A stretch of DNA of 64,000 nt from Candidatus Woesearchaeota archaeon (GTDB lineage Archaea; Nanobdellota; Nanobdellia; Pacearchaeales; GW2011-AR1). Numbering within the stretch: the stretch's first letter is position 1; the number at the start of each line of letters is the position of its first letter. The stretch covers positions 27,351 through 91,350 of the forward strand of contig CAYURQ010000001.1 of assembly GCA_964447315.1 (NCBI GenBank), written 5' to 3'. The notes below the pieces were generated by a model. It was not told the origin of the DNA. It ran no database searches and saw only the letters and a program-made list of their open reading frames with translations. The translations under genes were made by a program, and so were the position numbers. This document shows positions 37,020-46,275 of the stretch, piece after piece.

Positions 37020-37351
37020 TTAGTCATGCATTGCATAGGTATATTTGCTATAGGAATTTGTTTTATTCCTGCTTTTTCATCTTCTAATCCCACCCCAATA
37101 AATAATTGATCTCTGCTTGGTTTTACAATAAGATTTAATTTTTCAAAGTCTTTTATTTGTTGTATATTAAACCCTATTGCCTCAAGAAAATTAGAAAACT
37201 CTCTTACTTCTAAACTAACTACTTTTCCGTTTCCAGTAGTGCTAATAATAAAATCTCCAAAGCTAAAATTCTTCTTAACTTTCTCATTATCTTGAATAGA
37301 AGCCACAATTAAGCTGTCTGTATTCTCATCATATTTAGAGACTTTTATCAT
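37016..37351 (-). CDS. DUF2283-like small protein, duplicate of 32321..32656
   Basis: Identical translation. Confidence 0.45.
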   Translation of the reverse strand: MIKVSKYDENTDSLIVASIQDNEKVKKNFSFGDFIISTTGNGKVVSLEVREFSNFLEAIGFNIQQIKDFEKLNLIVKPSRDQLFIGVGLEDEKAGIKQIPIANIPMQCMTN

Positions 37352-37451
37352 ATTTTATAATAATATTTTGTTTATTTATACCTTTCTATTCATCTTCTAG
37401 AGGCAAGTAAAACATATAAATCTTAATAAATAATTAAAACTCCTTTTCTTA

Positions 37452-38240
37452 ATGGGAATTGATTCATCTGAAGCAAATCAAATAATAAACGCTATTGATT
37501 TTGTAAATCATCATTATGGAGGTTCTGCAAAAGTTACTGGAGAATTCTTTTGTAAAGACTGTAATGAGAAATTTCCTTCTGGAGAATTTCGTTATGATAA
37601 AGGAGGGTATATTCCAGGGCCAGGTTTAATTAATTTGTCTTCTGAAAGGGCTGCATTTCCCCTTCATGAGTTTCATACTGTTCTTGCTTTAAAAGATTCT
37701 GATGAGATCTATGAAAAAAGAGTGATTTTAGACTTATTTAATAAATCAAGAAACTGGAATTTTTATGATGTTCCAGAAAGATGCTTTGAGGATTATATGA
37801 AAATAATGAAAACAAGCTCACTAATTTCTATTGCTAGTCTAGAAGCTAATCATTGGTGTTATTCACTTCATTCAACACCAGATTTTACAGAAGAAGAAAT
37901 GCTGGAGGATCCTATTAAAAGGGATATTCTAGAAATGGATAGGAAGATTAATCTTAGGCCAAATAAATTAGAAAATGAGGTTAAACCAGAAATAAATCGG
38001 GTTTTCAAAGACATAATTGGTAATAGAGAAATTCCAATAATTTATATTATTCCAGAAGAATTTAGAGGAGATTTTGGAGAGGAATATTATAAAAGGGATT
38101 TTATTGAAGCAACATACAATACTTTTAAAGCAAAGAACATACTTTTTCCAGATGAAAAAAGAAATTCTGTTATTAAAATAATTGATTCTTACTTTAAAGA
38201 AGCAGAATTAAAGCATGAAAGACACCCTTCTCCTTTTTAG
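37452..38240 (+). CDS. hypothetical protein (262 aa), duplicate of 32757..33545
   Basis: Identical translation. Confidence 0.45.
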   Translation: MGIDSSEANQIINAIDFVNHHYGGSAKVTGEFFCKDCNEKFPSGEFRYDKGGYIPGPGLINLSSERAAFPLHEFHTVLALKDSDEIYEKRVILDLFNKSRNWNFYDVPERCFEDYMKIMKTSSLISIASLEANHWCYSLHSTPDFTEEEMLEDPIKRDILEMDRKINLRPNKLENEVKPEINRVFKDIIGNREIPIIYIIPEEFRGDFGEEYYKRDFIEATYNTFKAKNILFPDEKRNSVIKIIDSYFKEAELKHERHPSPF

Positions 38241-38539
38241 GATTCTTCATCCTCTTCTAAAACAAGTAAACTAAGTAAAACAATTAATACTCCTGCAACA
38301 AGAGATATTACCCATGACAACCATCCTAATTCTAGTGTTTTAAACTTGATTATCAGGAAACCTGCAATACCAAGCAATCCTATAAATATGTAATCTTTAG
38401 GTTTTATTTTTTCTTTAATAATTGGAGCGTGTTCTGAAAATACATCAAGAATTCCAGTAACAATTACAACAACTAATAAGATATTTAAGTTAAGATAAGT
38501 GCTAACAAGTCCTGCCCATATTTGCTCAATTAATAACAA
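38237..38539 (-). CDS. small membrane protein, 'LGW' family copy 4
   Basis: Translation identical to 33542..33844. Confidence 0.55.
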   Translation of the reverse strand: MLLIEQIWAGLVSTYLNLNILLVVVIVTGILDVFSEHAPIIKEKIKPKDYIFIGLLGIAGFLIIKFKTLELGWLSWVISLVAGVLIVLLSLLVLEEDEES

Positions 38540-38608
38540 TATTAGATAAGTTACTAAGACTGTTTGAAAGGTGTGATTTACTAGGGATGTGTTGTGTCCA
38601 CGGAATAG

Positions 38609-38647
38609 GAGGTGTTGGAGTGAGGGTTTGGGAATGTTGATAGGATT
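38609..38647 (+). repeat. G-rich element, subfamily 2 (duplicate of 33914..33952)
   Basis: Lies within repeat copy 2. Confidence 0.5.
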
Positions 38648-38655
38648 ATTTTAAT

Positions 38656-39297
38656 TTATATAGAAGAATTAATATCTCCATGCACTACTAATGATTGATA
38701 ATTTTCAAATAAGAAAGGGGCATAAAATTGGGCTTCTGGAAAATCTTTAGTTGTACTTAGATACCAAATATTCTCTTCCATTTTATCTTTAGCTCTTTCA
38801 ACTGACTTTTCTATAGTAGAACCTTCTATTAATGCTTTAACAAGGATATTTGAGGGTTCTAAAAATAATTTTGCTATTTTATCTCTTCTTGGAGATGCCT
38901 CCTGATTAGGATCTTTCCCAAGATTAAAATCTCTCTCATATCCAATAAAACAAATGGCTCCTTTAGTAACTATTATCTTCCCTAGTTTTTGTCCTGATGA
39001 ACAAGTTAGGGAATAAACAACCATGCCTGAAAGAACTTTTGCATTTTCTTTAGAGATTATTATCTCATTTTTATGCCCAGCAATCAAATCAGGATTACCA
39101 TGCCCATTAAACATAATAAAATCTGGTTTTTGCTTTTTTATAATTTTTAAGATTTCTTTTTTATTTGCTTTTTCTCTTTCCCTATTTATTGTTTTGTTTC
39201 CTCTTTCTTTCGAATATTTAACTAATTCTTTACTATAATAATATAAATAAGAGAGGGTCCCATCATGCTCGGGTCTGGAAAAAATAATATTACTCAT
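38656..39297 (-). CDS. minimal CHAT/caspase-like peptidase candidate, duplicate of 33961..34602
   Basis: Identical translation. Confidence 0.4.
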   Translation of the reverse strand: MSNIIFSRPEHDGTLSYLYYYSKELVKYSKERGNKTINREREKANKKEILKIIKKQKPDFIMFNGHGNPDLIAGHKNEIIISKENAKVLSGMVVYSLTCSSGQKLGKIIVTKGAICFIGYERDFNLGKDPNQEASPRRDKIAKLFLEPSNILVKALIEGSTIEKSVERAKDKMEENIWYLSTTKDFPEAQFYAPFLFENYQSLVVHGDINSSI

Positions 39298-39299
39298 AA

Positions 39300-39536
39300 T
39301 TATTGTTTTACTAAAAAACCTCTTTTGAAAGCTTTAAGATAGTTTAATTGGATTTCAACTATTCTATTTCCAATATCTGTATTATCTTCTATGTTTTTTA
39401 TCAACTCATCTCTTTTCATAAATTTTCCATCAGACATTCCAAATGAAACACTTACATTTGGGGAAGCCTGCCTAATTCTTTCTATGACTATTTCTTTCTT
39501 TAACTGATCTATATTCTCTTGTTTATTTTCTTTCAT
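39300..39536 (-). CDS. hypothetical protein (78 aa), duplicate of 34605..34841
   Basis: Identical translation. Confidence 0.45.
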   Translation of the reverse strand: MKENKQENIDQLKKEIVIERIRQASPNVSVSFGMSDGKFMKRDELIKNIEDNTDIGNRIVEIQLNYLKAFKRGFLVKQ

Positions 39537-39715
39537 ATTATTTCTAACTCTTTTAGTATTTTTAATATTTTCTCTCCATTTTCTGTCTTATTCTTTATTT
39601 CTTGGTAAGCAAGATTCCAACTTATTGGATTTTTATCTATAATTACTATTGTATTGTTTCTTTCTTTTATAGGCACTCCAGAATAAACTTTAAAGAAATC
39701 TTCTTCATTTACCAT
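39533..39715 (-). CDS. hypothetical protein (60 aa), duplicate of 34838..35020
   Basis: Identical translation. Confidence 0.4.
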   Translation of the reverse strand: MVNEEDFFKVYSGVPIKERNNTIVIIDKNPISWNLAYQEIKNKTENGEKILKILKELEII

Positions 39716-39749
39716 TATTAAATTAGTAAATTAATCTTTTTAATTTTTG

Positions 39750-39860
39750 TCATTTCTTTTTCCTCGGCTTATTCCAATAAGGACTTTGGGGTTTCATGAA
39801 ACACTGAAGAGAAAAGGATATTTAAATGCTGTTTTTTGGAGTGTGGGTAAAACAATTCAT
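39750..39860 (-). pseudogene. decayed zinc-ribbon gene copy (duplicate of 35055..35165)
   Basis: Lies within repeat copy 2. Confidence 0.55.
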
Positions 39861-39898
39861 CTTAATCTATATATTTTTTAATTAATGATTCTATAATT

Positions 39899-40159
39899 TT
39901 AATTATACACTTTATCTCTTTTATCAATTTTTACTATCAAAATTATTTTCTGAGCTTCTTTAATTTTATATAATGCTCTAAAGTACCCAATTCTATACCT
40001 AAAAACCATCTCATTATTATCTCTCCCAATAAACTTTGAATCACTTGGTACAGGAGTATTTTCAAGGTTTTTTAATCTCTTTTCAATCCTTTCTCTTTCT
40101 TTGGTATCTAATTTGTTTAAAAAATCCTGGGCTTTAACAGACAGCTCTACAGAATACAT
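39899..40159 (-). CDS. relE: RelE-family toxin, duplicate of 35204..35464
   Basis: Identical translation. Confidence 0.7.
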   Translation of the reverse strand: MYSVELSVKAQDFLNKLDTKERERIEKRLKNLENTPVPSDSKFIGRDNNEMVFRYRIGYFRALYKIKEAQKIILIVKIDKRDKVYN

Positions 40160-40160
40160 T

Positions 40161-40322
40161 TTACAGTCTCTTTGTTCTGCCTTCTTTTAAATCTTCTTCA
40201 GCTTGATTTAAAGAGTTTATGTCGTCTTGGGTTAGAGTTACATCTATTATGTGCTCCTTTAAAGAATCCATATCTTTTTTTAAATTGTCTAGTTTACTTA
40301 TGATTAATTCTTCGTTTTCCAT
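40161..40322 (-). CDS. relB: RelB-like antitoxin, duplicate of 35466..35627
   Basis: Offset 4,695 bp within repeat copy 2. Confidence 0.6.
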   Translation of the reverse strand: MENEELIISKLDNLKKDMDSLKEHIIDVTLTQDDINSLNQAEEDLKEGRTKRL

Positions 40323-40360
40323 ATCTTCCAATATAAAAATAACTATATAATCTTTTCGTA

Positions 40361-40410
40361 TTTTTTATTTTTCATAAGGGGTGTTGGTTGGAGCATTTTA
40401 GGGAGTATTG
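40361..40410 (+). repeat. G-rich element, subfamily 1 (duplicate of 35666..35715; the downstream tail differs)
   Basis: After 40410 it continues 'ggggaggaagggaaaagtagataaatatt', which is homologous to the tail of the 41.5-kb copy rather than the 35.7-kb copy. Confidence 0.6.
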
Positions 40411-40591
40411 GGGGAGGAAGGGAAAAGTAGATAAATATTCATTAAACAATAATATCACAATGAGAAAAAGTTTATATATCCCGCATTGTTTGATAAATTA
40501 TGAGAGTAAAATGGGGGGTGAATGTATTTTCTGAAAGATAGTTTTATAAATATAATTAAATCTCTCTTTTATAAAGATTTTAAGTAAAAAA

Positions 40592-40846
40592 ATGGAACAG
40601 CAATTTATGACAAATAATTCAGATAATTTGCAAGAACTCTTTGATTCTAAAAAAAATGAAGTTGTTTCTCTTTGTAAGGAAGTTGCTGAAAATGAATTTG
40701 ACTTATTTGAATTTAATCTTTTCTTAGCTTCTATGGGGAAGAAAAAATTAGATGAATCTACTAAGAAAGTAAGAGAACTTAGAAAGAAAGTAGATAAAGG
40801 AAAGATTGATTTAACAAAAGACGAAGATATGTTGGATGATTATTAA
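40592..40846 (+). CDS. hypothetical acidic protein (84 aa)
   Basis: Intact ORF, convergent with 40843..41427 (4-nt overlap). Confidence 0.35.
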   Translation: MEQQFMTNNSDNLQELFDSKKNEVVSLCKEVAENEFDLFEFNLFLASMGKKKLDESTKKVRELRKKVDKGKIDLTKDEDMLDDY

Positions 40847-41427
40847 TGCCTTTTCTTTTTATTAGAATGTTTATTTTTTGAAAAATTTCTTAACATCTTA
40901 TTTACCTCTTGTTCTGATCCAGGTTCTATAATTGTTGGTACATCCAAATCAATATTTAAATAATTACAAGGATCTTGAAAATCTCTTCTATTATTTGTTG
41001 AGATGCAATTTATTCCAGCAATACAATATACAGATATTATTCTTAAATCATTATCCCCTGCCTTCCAATTATTGTCTTTTCTTTCTGTTTTTAGTTTGTC
41101 AAAAAGTGCATTTACCTTGGCTTGATTTACATCTTTCTTTTTTATGGGTTTTATCCTATTTCTTCTTAAAAAATTAAAGATTTCTCTTTTATTTAATTCT
41201 TTATCTGGATTCTTTTTAGATAACAGATTTAATAATTCACTAAAAACAATATAATTTGTATGAAGAAAATTGCCTCTTTTTGCAATTCTAGGCCTATATC
41301 CCCAAGTTCCTTTTTCATTTTCCATCCAAGAAAAAGAGTTATCTGTATCTAAACCAATTTTTCTTAAAATTTTATTTCTTGCTACAACTCTTTCCATATG
41401 AATAACCTTCTTTTTCTTATTATCCAT
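40843..41427 (-). CDS. hypothetical protein with possible PIN-like C-terminal motif (194 aa; trimmed to 'MDNKKKK')
   Basis: 'DNDLRIISVYCIAGINCISTNNRRDF' resembles the PIN 'D..I.A.A...G..L.T.D.DF' end. The tracked N-terminal 61 aa merely reads through the G-rich element. Confidence 0.3.
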   Translation of the reverse strand: MDNKKKKVIHMERVVARNKILRKIGLDTDNSFSWMENEKGTWGYRPRIAKRGNFLHTNYIVFSELLNLLSKKNPDKELNKREIFNFLRRNRIKPIKKKDVNQAKVNALFDKLKTERKDNNWKAGDNDLRIISVYCIAGINCISTNNRRDFQDPCNYLNIDLDVPTIIEPGSEQEVNKMLRNFSKNKHSNKKKRH

Positions 41428-41467
41428 TATTTGTTTAATCAAACTAAATTTAAAAATATATAGCAAG

Positions 41468-41514
41468 ATTAAAGAATTTTTTATTTTCCATAGGGGGTGT
41501 TGGTTGGAGCATTT
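41468..41514 (+). repeat. 47-nt exact direct repeat (left copy), G-rich element subfamily 1
   Basis: 'attaaagaattttttattttccatagggggtgttggttggagcattt' is identical to 46609..46655. It is followed by 'gggaaaagtagataaatg', which acts as BRE/TATA for 41576. Confidence 0.85.
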
Positions 41515-41575
41515 GGGGGAGTGTTTGGAGGGAGAGAGGGAAAAGTAGATAAATGTTAAAACAATCTCTTTTTTT

Positions 41576-42445
41576 ATGGAGATTGCATCAGTTATAGAAA
41601 TAGGAAGCAAGTTTTTATCCTATGTTCTTGGGTTTTCAAGCATAGAATCAAATGAGATGGTGTTATACAGAATTCTTGCAGTATTTATTCTTGGTTGGTT
41701 GTGCTTATTTGGTTTTTTAATCATAAGAAAATCAAAATCCTTAAAACATTGGAGAATTCCCCATTTAGTTAGTATTAGTGCCATAATCTTAGTAAGTTCA
41801 GTTGGATTTTTTATTAGTTATATTCTCATATTAAATTTTAATATGTTAATTATTATAACAGAAAATATAAATGAACCAATAAACTTTCTAACAGTACTCT
41901 TTTTTATGATTTTTTACATTTCATTTGGTCTTGATTCAATAAATAAAAAATTAGGGAATGGGGAAAACTCTGAAGAATTAATTCCAAAAGAGGTGGGAAT
42001 CTTTGTCTGGAGATCAATTATGCTTGGATTTGGATTGCTAGTTGTTGTATTGTCCCAATTATTTCTATTAAAATATCTAGGGAGACTTCCTTTTGACTTA
42101 AATGTTTCTCCATCTCCTCCTTGGTTTTATTTAGCTGCGTTTCTTTTCTTTTTTTTAGCTGGAATTCTCCTTTGTTATTTTTCACTTGCAAGAAAAAAAT
42201 CTACTGAATTTTTTAATAAAATGGACAAATTTATGGAAAATAATCTTAGAGTGCCATTCATTTTTATGTTTGTTATTTTCATAATAATATTAATAGATAA
42301 AATAATAAGAAAAGATTCTGATAATTTAATACGTTCAGCTTTTATAAGCGCAGTTTTCTTAGTTATTTCTATTTTTATTAAAAAAATAAATAAGTGGGTA
42401 GTAGATTTTTTGAAAAATCTGGGTACTTTGGAAAAGAAAAAGTAA
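41576..42445 (+). CDS. polytopic membrane protein (289 aa)
   Basis: Multiple hydrophobic segments. The TATA-like box at 41545-41555 is 26 nt before the ATG. Confidence 0.55.
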   Translation: MEIASVIEIGSKFLSYVLGFSSIESNEMVLYRILAVFILGWLCLFGFLIIRKSKSLKHWRIPHLVSISAIILVSSVGFFISYILILNFNMLIIITENINEPINFLTVLFFMIFYISFGLDSINKKLGNGENSEELIPKEVGIFVWRSIMLGFGLLVVVLSQLFLLKYLGRLPFDLNVSPSPPWFYLAAFLFFFLAGILLCYFSLARKKSTEFFNKMDKFMENNLRVPFIFMFVIFIIILIDKIIRKDSDNLIRSAFISAVFLVISIFIKKINKWVVDFLKNLGTLEKKK

Positions 42446-42471
42446 TTAAACTTAAAAGCTTCTTTAAAAAT

Positions 42472-42645
42472 ATGAAAGATTATATTGAAAATGCCGAAGT
42501 TGTTATAGAAGATGAAATGACTGTCAAAGGTTCTGTAGAGATTGATGAAGATGGAACAGTCACAATAATCAGGGGTGATGGCAGATATAGAGGAAAAAGA
42601 GTTTTAACCCATATTTCTAAGTGCATTATAAAAGAATTATCTTGA
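42472..42645 (+). CDS. hypothetical small protein (57 aa; trimmed from 42394)
   Basis: The tracked ORF overlaps the end of 41576..42445. The first internal ATG removes the overlap. No motif. Confidence 0.3.
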   Translation: MKDYIENAEVVIEDEMTVKGSVEIDEDGTVTIIRGDGRYRGKRVLTHISKCIIKELS

Positions 42646-42730
42646 TTTAGTTTCTCCACAAATTACTAATCTCCCTGAATGAATTTATAAGAAAAGTGAA
42701 TTATTTAAATCCTATTCTATATAAGGAAGT

Positions 42731-44074
42731 ATGAAAAAACTCCACACAATTCTTCTAATAGGGTTTATCCTATTAGCTGTAATACTTAATTTTTTACCTA
42801 GGTTGGATTATAATTATCCAATACATGTAGATGAGTATGTTCATATTCAGTATGGGAATCACTTATCTGGTGGGGCTCCCCTTTATTTTGGAGGAGAGTA
42901 TAATAGTCTGGAAGCAGGGTTTCATTATTTAATTGCTACTCTTAATTCTATTGGGGTTCCATATTTGACTATGTTTCAGTTTTTTGCTTCAATAATAACT
43001 ATTCTTATTTGTTTAGGAGTATTTATTTTGGCTAGGAGATTATTTAATGAAAGAGCAGGAGTATATGCTGTTTTATTTATTGCTGTTTTAAAATCAACAA
43101 CAATGATTTTAGGGCCTATGTTCTTTGTTCCAATGGCTATTGGAATGTTTTTTATTGCAATGATTTTGTTTTTAATTGAAATAGGTAGTAAAGCCTGGAT
43201 ACTTTTCCTTGCAGGAATTTTAATGATTCATCCTCCAACTGCAACTGCAATTTTATTGTTAATTAATATTAGGTTTATTTTCTTAAAGAAAAATTATATA
43301 AAGAACTTAGGTTATCAGGCAATTGCAGGATTAATTGCCCTGCCAATGTATATTCCTCACTTCATAAGCAAAGGAGTAGAAACAATTAATTCTCTATCTT
43401 TTACTCCAATAGTAAGTGCATTATTTATTCCGAGATTTTTAACTTATTTTGTAATATTAATAGTAATTGCAGGAATTTATTTTACAGCAGAGAAAAAGAA
43501 GTATTCAATAATAACTTATGCTATTTCATTGCTGATATTTATATTTATATTTTATAAATTTAGAATAGAAGTGTTTATTCCATATCCAAGAGCATTAATG
43601 TATCTTTTTGTTGTATTTGCTCTTTTGTTTGGATATGGGTCTTCAGAATTAATTAAACTTTCAAAGAATAAAAAAATACAAGCAGTAATTCTTATTTTAA
43701 TAATAGCTTTGACATTAATATTTGCACTCCCTTCAAAAATAACTTCTACAAAAGAGCATTTTCAGATAATGGATGATAAAGATTATCAGGCATTTAATTA
43801 TATTAAAGAAAACACTCTTGAAAATTCAATAATTCTTGCAGATCCCTGGAAAGCAAATGCAATAACTCCTTTTGCTGAAAGAGTAGTTTACACTAGGATA
43901 GTTCAGGGGCCTAATGAAGAAAGTGAAATAAAAAACCAAGAATCTTATGATTTTTTTAAAAACAATTGTGAGGATATTAATTTCCTTGTTAATAATCAGA
44001 TAAATGTTGTGTATGGGGAGTGTGGGAATTCTTCTTTGGAGATGGTTTATGAGAATGTTTATTTTCTTAGATAA
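42731..44074 (+). CDS. polytopic membrane protein, possible GT-C-fold glycosyltransferase
   Basis: First loop 'YPIHVDEYVH' resembles the acidic first-loop motif of GT-C enzymes. About 11 TM segments plus a C-terminal soluble domain. Confidence 0.35.
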   Translation: MKKLHTILLIGFILLAVILNFLPRLDYNYPIHVDEYVHIQYGNHLSGGAPLYFGGEYNSLEAGFHYLIATLNSIGVPYLTMFQFFASIITILICLGVFILARRLFNERAGVYAVLFIAVLKSTTMILGPMFFVPMAIGMFFIAMILFLIEIGSKAWILFLAGILMIHPPTATAILLLINIRFIFLKKNYIKNLGYQAIAGLIALPMYIPHFISKGVETINSLSFTPIVSALFIPRFLTYFVILIVIAGIYFTAEKKKYSIITYAISLLIFIFIFYKFRIEVFIPYPRALMYLFVVFALLFGYGSSELIKLSKNKKIQAVILILIIALTLIFALPSKITSTKEHFQIMDDKDYQAFNYIKENTLENSIILADPWKANAITPFAERVVYTRIVQGPNEESEIKNQESYDFFKNNCEDINFLVNNQINVVYGECGNSSLEMVYENVYFLR

Positions 44075-44149
44075 ACAAATAAAGTATTAAGTAACCCTAT
44101 AATTAAAGTAATCAAACCCTTATATTCTTTTTTTATAATGTTTATTTGA

Positions 44150-44632
44150 CTAAGAATAATGAGATATCCTATTTCTATCTTCTATTGAATAATCCCTTTC
44201 TTCTTGAGGTGGTTCATAGTGAGATTCATTTTTATTTTCAGGCTCGTCTTTTTCAGTAAGAACCATCCAGCTTAATAAAATAATAATTAATCCTCCTAGT
44301 ATTGCAATTGCATAACCAATCCAACCTAAATCTTTTAACTTAAGATAAATAATTCCTGCTCCTAATATTCCTAAAATAATTATGAAAACTTTGTCTTTCC
44401 ATGTTATTGGCTTTTCTTTTTGTTTCTTTATTTTTGGAGGAAAAATAATGCTTATTGCTCCAACAATGATTACTGCAAACATGAACCAATTAATATTAAT
44501 CAAGGAATCAATTGTTGTTTGATAAAATTCTCTTAATAACAAGGTAATTAAAAACAAGAACAACAATATTTGAAATGTTGTGTGAAATATGTGCTTCACA
44601 TGTTCTATTATTATTTTTTGTTTTCTGTTCAT
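44150..44632 (-). CDS. membrane protein whose C-terminal half belongs to the 'LGW' family (copy 5)
   Basis: 'DKVFIIILGILGAGIIYLKLKDLGWIGYAIAILGGLIIILLSWMVLTEKDE' parallels 'DYIFIGLLGIAGFLIIKFKTLELGWLSWVISIIAGVLIVLLSLLVLEEDE'. Confidence 0.55.
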   Translation of the reverse strand: MNRKQKIIIEHVKHIFHTTFQILLFLFLITLLLREFYQTTIDSLININWFMFAVIIVGAISIIFPPKIKKQKEKPITWKDKVFIIILGILGAGIIYLKLKDLGWIGYAIAILGGLIIILLSWMVLTEKDEPENKNESHYEPPQEERDYSIEDRNRISHYS

Positions 44633-45132
44633 TCTACCTTAACCTTCTTTAATTTATCTGCAAGAGCTTTTAATTCTTCATCTGAAGCTCTTGGACCTTC
44701 AATAGAAGTTATATATCCTGGATATTCTTTGAAAAAAACTTCTAAATCATCTAAATATTGTTTCCATTCCCCTTTTTTAAGATGTTCTGTTTTATGCATA
44801 GGAAAAAGCTTAGTATGGGTATGATCTATTCCCATTCCTTCTGCCATAAGTCCAACTCTTCCAACATCCTTGAAATGTTTTTTTAATATTTTAGATACTT
44901 TTTTTGATGCAATTATAAGTTCTTTTAAATTGTTATCTTGTAAATCAAGAACATCGCTTTTTAGATGTTTTTTAGTTATAACTACTGTTGAACCCTCTGT
45001 ACTTGGAAAAGGAGATAAAAATGCCATGTGTTTTTTATCTTCCCAGAATAATCCATGAAGAGGAATGTTTCCTTTAACTATTTCACAGAAAATGCATTTT
45101 CCCTCTTTTGTTTTTGAATCATAGTTTGCCAT
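44629..45132 (-). CDS. HIT-family (histidine triad) hydrolase
   Basis: 'CIFCEIVKG' N-terminal motif and the triad 'IDHTHTKLFP'. Confidence 0.8.
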   Translation of the reverse strand: MANYDSKTKEGKCIFCEIVKGNIPLHGLFWEDKKHMAFLSPFPSTEGSTVVITKKHLKSDVLDLQDNNLKELIIASKKVSKILKKHFKDVGRVGLMAEGMGIDHTHTKLFPMHKTEHLKKGEWKQYLDDLEVFFKEYPGYITSIEGPRASDEELKALADKLKKVKVE

Positions 45133-46274
45133 TATCCAAACAACCCCTTAAAATTTACATAATCATTAATATTAAACTTTTCTGCATTACCACTATCTAT
45201 TTCCCATACAACATGATAAATATAATCCATAATATATCCTTCATATTTCTTTGAATCAACATACCAATCTCCTTGCTGTGAATCATAACTTAATTCTGGT
45301 TGTTCTAAAACAATTACATACAATGGAGGATATTTCCCTTCCCCTAAATGTGGGACATAAATCCAATGAACATTCCAGTAAAATGAATTCTTGAAATACA
45401 ATGTATTCGGAGCATAAAATATAATTCCTAGTTTTTTATCTTCATTATAAAATATTTCATATTTTGAATTGTTTATTTCGTGGGTAGAGCCTTGTCGGAT
45501 TGTTACTAATTTATTTGTATCAACAATTTCTGAAACACTCTCACGAAGTTCTTGTGAAATATTTGTTGTTTGAGTTCCATTTTCCCTTAATATTATATCT
45601 ATTGTTTGGTTTGTTTCTGTTAAGCTATAATCATTATTGTAAATCTCTAATTTATCTGTGTAAATATCATATCCAGAAAGAATTAATCCATATGCAAAGT
45701 TGCCAAGCTCTGAATTATCATTTGAAGAAGCTGAAAATTCTATCTTGAAATAAGGTTTTTGTTTGAATAAATAATAATCAAACCCTGAATTTAAGTTTTC
45801 AGAGTATAAATCAACTGAAACTTCTTTTATCCTTTTTTCATTAGTTTCTGAAACTGAAGTTTGGTTTGGATTTGTAAACCATCCTATTTTGGTTACTTGT
45901 TCGGGGTCTGTTGTCAAAGAATCAATAATAATTCCATTTGAAGTAGATAAGGTAGTATAATTTGTTCCATTATAAGTTATTATTTGTCTATAACTTTCTT
46001 TTCCAAATAATCTATCTTCATTATTATTTAGATTTAGTTTAGACTCCCATCCACTTAAAAGAAATGTGTTTGAATTTTTGTAATAATTGTAAGAAGTTAT
46101 TCCAGTTGAATTTGAATTTCTTATACTCATTAAATCGGCATTTTTAGAGGGTTCTGCAAACATGAAGATTCCAACAAAAACTAAAATAATCAATAGGATT
46201 GCTCCAAATAAAACCCAATGGTGTTTTATCTCGTATTCTATTTCTTCAATTAAATTATGTTCGTGTTCAGGCAT
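45132..46274 (-). CDS. membrane-anchored extracytoplasmic protein (380 aa; start moved to 'MPEHEH')
   Basis: N-terminal TM 'WVLFGAILLIILVFVGIFMF', then an Asn/Ser/Thr/Tyr-rich domain. The new start sits 1 nt after the stop of the zinc-ribbon gene. Confidence 0.5.
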   Translation of the reverse strand: MPEHEHNLIEEIEYEIKHHWVLFGAILLIILVFVGIFMFAEPSKNADLMSIRNSNSTGITSYNYYKNSNTFLLSGWESKLNLNNNEDRLFGKESYRQIITYNGTNYTTLSTSNGIIIDSLTTDPEQVTKIGWFTNPNQTSVSETNEKRIKEVSVDLYSENLNSGFDYYLFKQKPYFKIEFSASSNDNSELGNFAYGLILSGYDIYTDKLEIYNNDYSLTETNQTIDIILRENGTQTTNISQELRESVSEIVDTNKLVTIRQGSTHEINNSKYEIFYNEDKKLGIIFYAPNTLYFKNSFYWNVHWIYVPHLGEGKYPPLYVIVLEQPELSYDSQQGDWYVDSKKYEGYIMDYIYHVVWEIDSGNAEKFNINDYVNFKGLFG

Positions 46275-46275
46275 T

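Larger units (their letters stand above)
36259..40410. repeat. 4,152-bp direct repeat, copy 2
   Basis: See copy 1. Offset 4,695 bp. Confidence 0.9.

Noticed and set aside
31536-40410. Possibility that the periodic repeats are a CRISPR array or a composite transposon/IS.
   Set aside because: The repeat unit is 4.15 kb of protein-coding genes, not 25-40-nt repeats with spacers. I found no transposase or integrase motif and no terminal inverted repeats. I therefore kept it as a segmental direct repeat.
30159-44632. Diversity-generating retroelement, suggested by the paralogous pairs (Cys-rich proteins, LGW membrane proteins).
   Set aside because: There is no reverse transcriptase ORF. The differences between paralogues are not confined to adenine-templated positions or to a C-terminal variable repeat.
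44570-45058. The + strand ORFs 44570..44824 and 44870..45058, and also 45500..45748, 40932..41177, 34328..34543/39023..39238, 30985..31224, 14765..14968, 16450..16635 and 17010..17303.
   Set aside because: They are antisense to better-supported genes (HIT hydrolase, exported protein, PIN-like, CHAT-like, wHTH and others), and their translations are low-complexity.
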